From contig JAFCDZ010000004.1 of assembly GCA_017609405.1 (NCBI GenBank), positions 1-52,638 on the forward strand: a DNA stretch of 52,638 nucleotides, in the 5' to 3' direction. Of this stretch, positions 41,874 to 51,702 are shown piece by piece. Numbering within the stretch: position 1 is the first letter of the stretch; each line of letters opens with the position of its first letter. Made by a program: the position numbers and the translations under genes. Source of the stretch: Candidatus Pacearchaeota archaeon. GTDB lineage: Archaea > Nanobdellota > Nanobdellia > Pacearchaeales > GW2011-AR1. The notes under the pieces are model-generated. The model was not told the DNA's origin and ran no database searches. It was given only the letters and a program-made list of their open reading frames with translations.

Positions 41874-42633
41874 CCTTGTCAAATAAGAATGCAATAGATT
41901 GTATAAAGAATGGTGAGTTAAGCCACAAAGCTATTTGTTCTCTTTCTTCATATGGAGAGATATAAAATAAAGCTTCTTTTTTGTCAACAATGAAAAATTT
42001 AGCATTTATATCTATTTTTTTTATTTTTATACCAATTTTTTCTGAAACTTCTTTTATTTTATCTTCTTCTCCGCTCATTGCAATTTTTATTTTTATCCCC
42101 CTTTTTTTTAGAGTGTCTACAATTGTTTTAAATGAACTTAATCTTGGATAAATATCTAATAAAGAGGTACATATAAGAACTTCTTTTGTAGCACTTTCCA
42201 AGAAATCTCTCAATTGGTTTGAGATATTTAATTTCCCCCTTAATATTGATGCAGAAGCTTCCTTGTGGAAGTTTTCATTTTGTTCATAAAGTGCTTTTAA
42301 TTTTTCAAACTCTTCTGTTTCTTTTATTCTTGAAATATACTCAATTTTTTCTCTTGCTTCTTTTTGGACATTATTTTTTAATTTTTCAATTATTACTTCT
42401 GGTTTTACTCCAATGTATCTTACCGGTTTCCCTAATTTAACAAGAGCAAAGCCCTTTTTTTCAAGGTTTTCTAATACATCATATGTTCTTGACCTTGGAA
42501 TTCCAGAAATTTCTGCTACCTCTCCAGCAGAGGCAATTCCTTTTGAAAGCAAAGCTAACCAAGCTTTTGCTTCATACATGTTAAGGTCAAAAATATCCCT
42601 TATTTTGTTTATTAATTCTTCTTTTACGAACAT
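41860..42633 (-). CDS. trmB: TrmB family transcriptional regulator
   Basis: 257 aa. LNMYEAKAWLALLSKGIASAGEVAEISGIPRSRTYDVLENLEKKGF is the TrmB wHTH. Confidence 0.85.
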   Translation of the reverse strand: MFVKEELINKIRDIFDLNMYEAKAWLALLSKGIASAGEVAEISGIPRSRTYDVLENLEKKGFALVKLGKPVRYIGVKPEVIIEKLKNNVQKEAREKIEYISRIKETEEFEKLKALYEQNENFHKEASASILRGKLNISNQLRDFLESATKEVLICTSLLDIYPRLSSFKTIVDTLKKRGIKIKIAMSGEEDKIKEVSEKIGIKIKKIDINAKFFIVDKKEALFYISPYEEREQIALWLNSPFFIQSIAFLFDKVIKS

Positions 42634-42697
42634 TTTACTACTAAATAATAACTATATCCTTTATAAATCTTTGGGTTATGTTACTTTTATAAAGTAA

Positions 42698-43621
42698 TTA
42701 CAAACTAATCAAGAAATTTGCTAAAAGAGCCACAATAATTCCTGCAGAGATAAAAGGCATTGCAGGGTAGGGTCTTTTCTTTTCTGAGAAAAGAAGTAAT
42801 ATGCTAAGCCCAATAACAGAGCCAATTATAACTGCAATTGAATAAGATATTCCCGAGGAAATAAGAAATATTCCTGAAATAATCATTGGAAAGAAAAAAT
42901 CTCCACCACCAAGAATTGCTATATTCACTCTAAATCTCTTATTTTTTAATTCACTCTTTTTCATTTTTTTTATCTTTTCTTTTTGCTTTTTACTTAGGTA
43001 AGGCACAAGCAATCCAGGAAAGATTTTTAATTTTTTCATGTGATAGTTCGCCATTCTCTGCATTATACCTGAATGCCATACAGCCCACATATCATAGACA
43101 GAAATAAGTATAAGAAGAAATAATGCCACAATTATATTTATTGTATTAGACCACTGAGAAAGAAATGCAACAAAAATAACTGCAATTCCAGGATATACAA
43201 AAAGTTCTGTTAAATTGTGCAATAATATATTTTTTTTATAAACTTTAAAATACCCAAGAATTATTCCTCCAATGAGTATTACAATCTCTTTAAAATAAAA
43301 TTGAGGGGTAAATGAGATAAATGTTATTGCCATTGCAATAGATGAGACAATAAAAAACCAGAATTTAATTATATAATCAAGTTCTAATTCAGATAAAAAT
43401 AAAATAATAAATACAGCAAATGTAAAAGCAATTACTATCTGAATAATTGCTGAAATTGGTGATTGTTCTTTGTCTTTTCCAAAACCATAAGGTAATTTGT
43501 CAATTTTTTGATTATTCTCTTCAAAATTAAAAGCATAGTAACTAATAACTTTTAATGAAATTAATTGTGCTATTAGAAAAATAATAAGAATAAGCAAGCT
43601 AATCTTTATTTCATGTTTCAT
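42698..43621 (-). CDS. presenilin/signal-peptide-peptidase homologue (A22 aspartyl intramembrane protease)
   Basis: 307 aa with about 9 TM. It shows SVYDMWAV (YD), ILGGGDFFFP (GxGD) and YPAMPF (PAL-like). Confidence 0.8.
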   Translation of the reverse strand: MKHEIKISLLILIIFLIAQLISLKVISYYAFNFEENNQKIDKLPYGFGKDKEQSPISAIIQIVIAFTFAVFIILFLSELELDYIIKFWFFIVSSIAMAITFISFTPQFYFKEIVILIGGIILGYFKVYKKNILLHNLTELFVYPGIAVIFVAFLSQWSNTINIIVALFLLILISVYDMWAVWHSGIMQRMANYHMKKLKIFPGLLVPYLSKKQKEKIKKMKKSELKNKRFRVNIAILGGGDFFFPMIISGIFLISSGISYSIAVIIGSVIGLSILLLFSEKKRPYPAMPFISAGIIVALLANFLISL

Positions 43622-43853
43622 ATAGTAAGAATAATTTCATGGTTTTTAAATCTAATCTCTTCTTTAGCTCTGTTAAAAAGTTCGATTCAATATAAATTAT
43701 AGGAGGGCTAATAGAAAACCCTTATAAGTAAAGCTCAACATTTTCAGTTGGATTCAGCAGCACTTCTGTCTTTATTTCTGTAGAACGAGGCATCTGATTT
43801 ATCGAACTTTTCACAAAATTTGTTTAGTGTTTATTTATTAACTCCTATGTCCT

Positions 43854-46800
43854 TTAGGGCTTTTCATCAAAGCTTTTCCTTCTTACTATTAAATATCCAA
43901 GAAGGATTAAAACGCTTATTAATAAATTCCTTATGTCAAAGAATGGAATAAGAGAGTATTCACATTGAACTGTTATTGAACCATCTTTACATTTTTCTTT
44001 GTTTTTATGAGGGTCATAGTAACAATAACTTCCTTCGCAGGTGTAATTGTCCCATTCATTATAAGGAAATACATTGCCTTTTCTTTTACTAATTATTTCA
44101 TTATCCCAGGTCCATGTTGCAGTCCATGAAATATCTAATAATCCATCACTACAATCATCATTGTTATTATATCTAATTGTGCAATTACCAATATCTTGAG
44201 TAGATATCTCGTTTCCTTCTGCATTTGTTATAATCCTTATATACCTCTTATTTCCATCACAAATATTGGCACTATTATTCCAAACACAAGAACATTCAAC
44301 TTTTACTGGTTCCCCTGTAGGAGAAAGAGTATCTTTACCACACTTTTCGTCTATCTTACTTGATACTCCATAGGAGTCTCCTTCACAATCTTCTTTTGTT
44401 AAATAATCTACACAAGTTGTTATCTCTCTTCCAGGTATTGGAACACATTTTCCCTCTTCTTCATCACAGGTCTCTCCATCTGGGCAACAAATATCTCCCC
44501 CGTAAGAACAACCAAGAGAATTTCCATCAGCATCTATAAATTGCCCTTGAGTTTTATTACAAGAAACCCCTTCTAAATTTATTGAAAATTCATTTACAAC
44601 TTCTGAAGAAATATCTTCGTAGCCTAAGATTAATTTAATTAAGTAATTACCTCTCTTGCTTATTCTAATTATACCCTTTACACTGTTTGTTTCGTTTCCT
44701 CTTTTTGAAAATTTTAATTCCTCTTGTTCATTATCTTTTTTTAGAGACCAATTAAATAAAAGTTCTGGAGAATGTAATGATTTATTTTCTGATATATCAA
44801 TAGGAATATTTGAACTTTTTGCAGTGTGGATTTCATTAGGGCATGCACCATATAAACATTTTATTATATAATTTTTGTTACTATGATTCATTTCAAGAAT
44901 ATAGCTTTCTTTACCAGAAAAATCAATTGGAACACTACCTCCATCACTAATATTTCCAATTATATTTCTAAAATTTCTTGGTTCATCTATATATGCAAAA
45001 ACTTGTTTTTCCCTCTCTGCACTCTGATTTAAAATAAGAATGTTAATTTTTTCTCTTTTAACTATTTCACCTCTATTATTCTTTACTGTTAATTCAATTG
45101 TTTTCTGGCCACTATTTACAAATTTTATTTTATTTGCTTTTAATTTTGATATTTTTTTAGTATATGTAACATTTTTTGTTAATATATATGAGGTGCCTGC
45201 ATTATTAAATTTAACAGGTTCATCAAAGCTCCAGTTTATAGTTAGAACATCATCAGGGTCTGTGAAGTTTTCTGCTAATCCTATTAAAGAAGGTTCATTG
45301 AAATAAACCTGCTTATCTATAGGAGAGATTATAACTCCTTGTGTTTGGCTATCATTTTCATAATTATTGATTTTCATATTTTCACTTTGAATATTTAAGT
45401 CTTCAGATTCAAAATAAAACTTATCATTATCACCCAACAGAGCGTGACCTCTTCTAAAGTCTTCATAAGTTATTTTCCAAACACCAATTAATCTACCTTC
45501 AATATCAACAGTTGCAGTTATATTTCTTATGAAGTCGTCACTAATAAGGTCGTCTTCATAAATTTTTAAAATCTTTGTTGTTCCAGCCTCTAATCCAGTA
45601 TTATTTATAATTAATAAAACAGTGTCATTAATATACGCTTCATCTATTTCTTCACCTTTTGTATTTGCCCAATAAGCATTTGCTGTTGCTGATATTGAAC
45701 TACAACATATTTTAATAGGATAATCAGGATAATCCCCAGCAGAGACATGAGCGTTTGTCTCAGAAGATAAACTTGCAACTATTTTTTCATTCTCTTCACA
45801 ATCATCGCCATTATTTGTATTTATGGAATGGCACTTTAAATCACCATAACATACTGGAATATTATAGTTACTTAATGAAGGAACTTCTGCATGAGAGTTA
45901 TCTTCATAAAATAAATTTAAAACCTTGTTATTTTCACTACAATCATGGGGGTTTTTATTAGAATATTCTTTTCCAAATATTTCATTATAACATATCGCAT
46001 ATTCATAAGAGCTGTTCCATAACCCAGCATGGGAGTTATTCTGCTGATATAACTTGAATATTATCTGTGTTCTGTTTGAACAGTAATGTCCTGTTGCTTC
46101 GCTATTATCTGTTTGTTGATTATCTTGTTCTTCTGGAGAATCATCGCTGATTTTTGTAACATAAATTTTAATTTCTGAAACATTATGAACAAAGGAGTTG
46201 TGGTAATCAGGATCTGCTTCAGACCCTCCAGGCTGATATCTTGAAGCAATATAACACCCTATAGGATTAAAATTACTATTAGCATTTATAATAGCACTTT
46301 TTATACTCCCATCACAAGAAAGAGATTCTATTTCATGAGGGGTTGTAAAACTTTCACCATTATCAAATTCAATGTTATAATAAATTCCATTTAAAACATA
46401 GAAATCTTTAAGATCTAAATTATAGTAATCTTCTTCGAATGTTATAATATTTTCACCTTCATTTAATTCACAATTTGTTTCATTAATATCTGAAATACCA
46501 TCATAGATAAGATAATATCCTCTGTAACTATTTGTAAGATATCTCCTAAAGCCAGGTATCTTATTTATTGATAAAATCTTTTCGTCATTAAAATATAATT
46601 TTCCTTTTGTGTTACCTTTTGTTGCAAATTTAATTTTTACATCTAAACTGTTAGTTCTGATACATTCCTGTTCATCCTTAACCCCTCTAACAAGAGTACT
46701 TATTGTTCGAGACTTACCAAGGTTATCCTCCTCTAAAATAATTGGATCTCTTTGTGTAACCCTTTTATAATTGGGGCTATTTCTGCAAACAATCCACTCC

Positions 46801-46862
46801 TCACCATGAACATAACTAACTAAAAATAAGAATATGAACAAAATTATTAGCCCTCTTTTCAT
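43854..46862 (-). CDS. 1002-aa secreted Cys-rich surface protein with C-terminal anchor
   Basis: Signal peptide MKRGLIILFIFLFLVSYVHG, a Cys-rich C-terminal third, and an ending IPFFDIRNLLISVLILLGYLIVRRK.... Confidence 0.85.
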   Translation of the reverse strand: MKRGLIILFIFLFLVSYVHGEEWIVCRNSPNYKRVTQRDPIILEEDNLGKSRTISTLVRGVKDEQECIRTNSLDVKIKFATKGNTKGKLYFNDEKILSINKIPGFRRYLTNSYRGYYLIYDGISDINETNCELNEGENIITFEEDYYNLDLKDFYVLNGIYYNIEFDNGESFTTPHEIESLSCDGSIKSAIINANSNFNPIGCYIASRYQPGGSEADPDYHNSFVHNVSEIKIYVTKISDDSPEEQDNQQTDNSEATGHYCSNRTQIIFKLYQQNNSHAGLWNSSYEYAICYNEIFGKEYSNKNPHDCSENNKVLNLFYEDNSHAEVPSLSNYNIPVCYGDLKCHSINTNNGDDCEENEKIVASLSSETNAHVSAGDYPDYPIKICCSSISATANAYWANTKGEEIDEAYINDTVLLIINNTGLEAGTTKILKIYEDDLISDDFIRNITATVDIEGRLIGVWKITYEDFRRGHALLGDNDKFYFESEDLNIQSENMKINNYENDSQTQGVIISPIDKQVYFNEPSLIGLAENFTDPDDVLTINWSFDEPVKFNNAGTSYILTKNVTYTKKISKLKANKIKFVNSGQKTIELTVKNNRGEIVKREKINILILNQSAEREKQVFAYIDEPRNFRNIIGNISDGGSVPIDFSGKESYILEMNHSNKNYIIKCLYGACPNEIHTAKSSNIPIDISENKSLHSPELLFNWSLKKDNEQEELKFSKRGNETNSVKGIIRISKRGNYLIKLILGYEDISSEVVNEFSINLEGVSCNKTQGQFIDADGNSLGCSYGGDICCPDGETCDEEEGKCVPIPGREITTCVDYLTKEDCEGDSYGVSSKIDEKCGKDTLSPTGEPVKVECSCVWNNSANICDGNKRYIRIITNAEGNEISTQDIGNCTIRYNNNDDCSDGLLDISWTATWTWDNEIISKRKGNVFPYNEWDNYTCEGSYCYYDPHKNKEKCKDGSITVQCEYSLIPFFDIRNLLISVLILLGYLIVRRKSFDEKP

Positions 46863-47101
46863 AATTTTATTACTTTTTTCAAATTTATAAATCTTCTTAA
46901 TTTATTTTTTATTGAAAATTTGATTTTAATTTATTAAAGGGGTTGTTAAAAAATGGGTTAATTAATAAGTTTCCTTGGAAGATGATTTTAAACAGTTGTT
47001 GTTGGTTGGATATTCTATGTTGGTCAGAGGAGGCTTTTCTACTTGTTGAACTCTTCTATGAAATCTTTTCCCTTAACTTAATTTTCTTAACAAATACTAA
47101 T

Positions 47102-48520
47102 TTATCCTTTTACAACACCAATTGGTTTCATTTTTGCTACAAGATTTCCAATTCCTACTTCATGTGAAACTTTAACAACTTCATCAATGTCTTTATAAAC
47201 TTCTGGAGCTTCTTCTACAACACCTTTATAACTTCCAGATTCAAGAGTAATTCCTTTTTGTTCGAGTTTTGTTTCTATTTCCTCTTTTTTTAATTTTCTT
47301 ATTGCTTCTCCTCTTGACATTACCCTCCCAGCACCATGGGCAGTGCTTCCAAAAGAAATTTCTTCAGCTTTTTTTGTTCCAACTAAAACATAAGATGCTG
47401 TTCCCATGCTTCCTGGAATAATTATGGGTTGTCCAACTTTTCTATAATCTTCTGGAATCTCTTTTCTTCCTGGACCAAAACTTCTTGTAGCCCCTTTTCT
47501 CATAACTAAAACTTCTTTCTCTTCTCCATCAATTTTATGTTTTTCAAATTTAGCAATATTATGGCATATGTCATAAACAACATCAATTTTTATTTCTGGA
47601 AAAATATATTTCATTTCTTCTCTTATCCAATGAGTTATTATTTGTTTGTTTGCAAAAGCAAAATTCGCTGCACAAGCCATTGCAGATAAATACTTTTTTC
47701 CTAATTCAGATTTTATTGGAGCATTGACTAATTCTCTATCTTGCTCAGGCCATCCATACTCTCTTTCCATTAGTTTTATGTAATCTGATGCCACTTGATG
47801 TCCTAAGCCTCTTGAACCACAGTGAATCATTAATACAACTTGGTCTTTTTTTAATCCAAAAACCTCTGCAACTTTTTCATCAAAAATTTCATCTACAATT
47901 TGGAGTTCTAAGAAGTGGTTTCCTGCACCAAGAGTTCCTAATTGTCCAATCCCTCTTTTTTTCGCTCTTTCTGATACATCTTCTGGATTTGCCCCAAGCA
48001 TCTTTCCATTTTCTTCTATATGCTTCCAATCTTCATCAACTCCATAACCTTTTTTAATTGCCCACTGAGCTCCATTAATTAAGACTTCATCTAATTCTTT
48101 TTTTGATAAATTGAATTTACTTCCCCTTCCAACTCCAGAGGGAATTTTTCTAAACAAAGAATGAGTTATCTCTTTTTCTTTTCCCTTTATATCTTCTTTT
48201 TTCAGATTTGTTTTTAGAAGACGAACAGAACAATTAATGTCATACCCAACTCCTCCTGGAGAGATTATTCCTTCATTAACGTCAAATGCAGCAACCCCTC
48301 CGATTGGGAAGCCATAGCCAGTGTGTACATCTGGAAGAGCAATAGAATACCTTATTATCCCTGGAAGCATAGCAACATTAGCAATTTGTTTTATAGCATC
48401 ATCTTCTACATCTAACAATAAATTAGAGGACACAAAAACCTTTCCTGGAACCAACATCCTTCCTTCTTTTGGAAGTTCATATATTGCTTTATCTATTTTT
48501 TTTAATTTTTCTTTATACAT
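47102..48520 (-). CDS. rtcB: RNA 3'-phosphate ligase RtcB
   Basis: 472 aa. It shows LPDVHTGYGFPIGGV, GGVGYDINC, GAGNHF, HCGSRGLGHQ and AHGAGR. Confidence 0.95.
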   Translation of the reverse strand: MYKEKLKKIDKAIYELPKEGRMLVPGKVFVSSNLLLDVEDDAIKQIANVAMLPGIIRYSIALPDVHTGYGFPIGGVAAFDVNEGIISPGGVGYDINCSVRLLKTNLKKEDIKGKEKEITHSLFRKIPSGVGRGSKFNLSKKELDEVLINGAQWAIKKGYGVDEDWKHIEENGKMLGANPEDVSERAKKRGIGQLGTLGAGNHFLELQIVDEIFDEKVAEVFGLKKDQVVLMIHCGSRGLGHQVASDYIKLMEREYGWPEQDRELVNAPIKSELGKKYLSAMACAANFAFANKQIITHWIREEMKYIFPEIKIDVVYDICHNIAKFEKHKIDGEEKEVLVMRKGATRSFGPGRKEIPEDYRKVGQPIIIPGSMGTASYVLVGTKKAEEISFGSTAHGAGRVMSRGEAIRKLKKEEIETKLEQKGITLESGSYKGVVEEAPEVYKDIDEVVKVSHEVGIGNLVAKMKPIGVVKG

Positions 48521-48771
48521 TTTATTATATCTTTAGATAATAAATTAGCTTTAATTAATCTTTCTATTTCATCTTTACGATTTATATTTAATTCATAATA
48601 TTCTTTTCCAAGTCCATTAACTCTTTTATAAATTAAACAATTAATATCATAATTTTCTTTTAATAATTCAGATAGTTTATCTAAATTAAATCTTTTTTTT
48701 GAAATAATCTTTAGGTATTTTTGTTTTCTTATTCTTCTAAGTGTTGTATATTTTTTATCACGATAATATTT
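48502..48771 (-). pseudogene. start-less 89-codon open frame, possible remnant of a LAGLIDADG-type homing endonuclease
   Basis: KYYRDKKYTTLRRIRKQKYLKIISKKRFNLDKLSELLKENYDINCLIYKRVNGLGKEYYELNINRKDEIERLIKANLLSKDIIKCIKKN. It has no ATG and overlaps the rtcB start by 19 nt in another frame. The similarity call is by eye only. Confidence 0.3.
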
Positions 48772-48800
48772 TTAAATTAAATTGGCGTTGTAAAATTACA

Positions 48801-49001
48801 ATGAATAAGTGGTTAGAGCTTTTCATAGGAATAGTATTAATTATCTCTGCTATATTAGTGTGGGGCTTTTCTTATCAATGGGGCGATTTCTGGAATTTTG
48901 GAAGAGCAGCATGGGAATTTCTTAAAGGAGGAATTATCTGGTTTATCATTGGTCTTGGTTTGATATTTATACTTCTTGGAATAATTGATTTAACTGACTA
49001 A
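48801..49001 (+). CDS. 66-aa two-TM protein
   Basis: I prefer the ATG at 48801: MNKWLELFIGIVLIISAILVWGF...IIWFIIGLGLIFILLGIIDL. Confidence 0.45.
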   Translation: MNKWLELFIGIVLIISAILVWGFSYQWGDFWNFGRAAWEFLKGGIIWFIIGLGLIFILLGIIDLTD

Positions 49002-51638
49002 TCGAATCCTAATTAACTCTAATTTTCGCTCCAACCAATCCCTAAATCCTCCAAGAACTTTTTTATCAGATTTATAAGAATAATCATGAATAATTTCAGG
49101 CGAATCTGTTTTTCTAATATAGTGAATTAACAATATAGCAACTAATAAAAATAACAAGACAACAATCCATAATAAATAATTCACTTTATATACAACACCA
49201 TCAGAATCTTCAACAATCAATTCCAACTTCATCATAATTTTTCATGAAATCATAGCAATGTGCTGGAAATTCTTCATCTCCAAGAAAATTAATATCCAAT
49301 CTGCCACTTTCCCTATCATATCTTGCTTCTGAAACAACATTACCGCTAATAGGGTCTTTAGTTCTATGAACAACTACATTTCCATCAACAACAGGTTCTA
49401 ATTTAATATACTCTTTTGGAGAGCATCTTAGTTTCTCAGTTTTCATAGGAGAACAATTATTTAAATCAACACAAGTCCTTGTAACATAGCTATCAACAAA
49501 TACATTGTCTATAAGAACGTCTTCTATATCATACTCTGGCCTGCAATCACTCCATTCTGAACAAGACCAGTTAGAATAACAAGAACATTGTTTTGGAGCA
49601 GGTTTTTCAGAATCAATTCCACAAAAGTTCCCATCATAGCAGTCAATAGGGTAACTTAGACCATTCTCACATTCAGACCATGAGCAAATCCAATCAGGCT
49701 CGCAATCAGAATCAACAACATCAATAAACCAATATTTAATATCATACAACACATCATCTTTATAAATTTCTGCAACAACACTCACATTATTAAAAACCTT
49801 AACAGATAAATTATAACCATCTCCAACTATAACACCATCTTTCTTCCAAACAACATCAAAGCCATCAGCAACAACAGACAACAATATCTCATCACCTTTC
49901 CCAACATATAATTTATCTTCTATAGGATATTTCTTAATATCTAAAAAACACTTATAATTCCCAAAAAAATACTTTTCTAAATCAGAAACTATACCATAGT
50001 TTCTTTTCAATTTCATCTTCAATGAATTATCTGTTAAATCAACAGTTTCATTCTCAATCCTTCCATCAGGATAAACAGTATATACATCAATCTTATCCCA
50101 GCATAATAGCTTATATCTGTCAAGAGCCCTTATTCTATCAAGAACAGGTTTTAGACCAGGGTCATAAAATAATTTGGTTAAATTTTTCTTCTTCCAATAA
50201 TTATAAACACTCTCTTTCAACACACACTTTCTCAATACATCAACTCTATTATTATAATAACCACAAGAATAAGCACTACAAATAGCCTTATTATAACAAA
50301 GAGCTCCCATAACAGCACAATTTGCTTCTCCATTTCCATCAATACAAACAGCAGGACTGTTGCATTCTTCCCATATAGAGGATTTCCATTCAGTATATCC
50401 ATCACCATCAAAATCCCCACACTCCTTTAACATGACATTATTCATAGAACAATACTTTCTTGTTTCTCCTGCATTGCAAGCATCTGTTTTATATCCTCCA
50501 CCACCTCCACCCCCAGAACTTCCTCCTGAATCACCACTACTACATCCCTCATCAACAGAACCATCACAATCATTATCAATTCCATCACCACAAACCTCTG
50601 ATGCACCTGGATTTATAGAACTTGAGCTATCATCACAATCACCGCCCTGAGTAACATAACCTGAAGGCAAACTTGAACCAGAACATACTTGCTGAACAAC
50701 ACTTCCTGCTCCATAACCATCACCATCTGAATCAACATAACCATTAAGATATTGATAAACAGAAGCATCAGAATCATCACAATCTCCATCAGAAGAGCAA
50801 TCATTACCATAACCATAACCATCATGATCAGAATCTGAACAATCTTTAACTTTAAAATCAACACTAACATAAACAGATATATTACAATATGTGCCATTAG
50901 CATAAAACAGATATGTTTTATTTCCAGGACTTGATTCAGTTGTATAACCTGAGTAAGATTCATTAGAATAGAATTTGTTGTATGATTTGAAGAGCCATCG
51001 CTCCAAAATAAAGCACTAATTAATTGATTTGATACACTTGAGAAATTATTAACAGATAAATTTTGCCATACAGGATTAATTGAAGCACTGAAATTAATTA
51101 AAAAATCAAGAGGATTTTCAGATCCTTCTATTGGAGAAAATACTTTAATTGTGATGTTAACATTCCCACATGCTGGGTCATCACAATCTACTCCTGTCGC
51201 AGCATCAGCATCATAAGCCCCATTGTTATTGTTACAATTATTATCAATTCCATCATCACATATCTCAGTAGCATTAGGGTTTATGTTTGGGTTGGAGTCG
51301 TTGCAATCGAATATAGGCAATCCTACACAACCCGGTTCATTTGCATAACCCCCCCCACCTCCACCACTATAAATAAAAAAATTGTCTGAATCATTATCTT
51401 CATAGTAGATATCGGGGGGATTATTCCAACAATCATAATATTTCTTATTTGTAGTGTTGTAACAACCATCTTCTTGACAAATATAAATCAAATAAAAAGT
51501 GGGGGATTCTTCTTGACACCAATAGTTATTTGTATTATTCAAACTATCATATGTACAAGGGTCTCCATCAGAAATTGAAATAACCTTTCCAATGCTAAAT
51601 ATAAGAAATACTATTAGAAATAAATAATTAATTTTCAT
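48990..51638 (-). pseudogene. about 880-aa Cys/Asp-rich surface protein gene split into three ORFs by two homopolymer frameshifts
   Basis: Signal peptide and Cys-rich start are in ORF 50613..51638, whose frame is meaningful only down to about 51005. It continues in ORF 49210..51006 (DxDGDGYG and CGDGIDNDCDG metal-binding-type repeats). The TM anchor is in ORF 48990..49235. The frame changes sit at run AAAA 51005-51008 and run TTTTT 49238-49242 (plus-strand coordinates). Confidence 0.6.
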
Positions 51639-51702
51639 ATCATTAAGTAGGATCTTTTTTTTAAAAATCTTTGTTTTGTTATGTTGTTTATTAAAAATTT
51701 TT

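Noticed and set aside
43676-43811. An 11-bp inverted repeat, AAAAGTTCGAT 43676-43686 / ATCGAACTTTT 43801-43811, enclosing 114 bp with an internal hairpin (TTATAGGAGGG...CCCTTATAA). This was considered as a possible ncRNA or another unit.
   Set aside because: An 11-bp AT-rich IR at this distance is expected a few times by chance in 52 kb. The region has no GTTA-N7 / CTCTTCGG junction and no recognisable ncRNA boxes. It also serves as the promoter/terminator space between two minus-strand genes.
50613-51004. The hydrophobic Met/Val/Ile-rich C-terminal third of track ORF 50613..51638 (..MMVMVMVMIALLMEIVMILM..) as a membrane domain.
   Set aside because: It is the out-of-frame reading of the Asp/Gly/Cys-rich repeat region that is correctly read by ORF 49210..51006. 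The real frame switches near 51005-51008.
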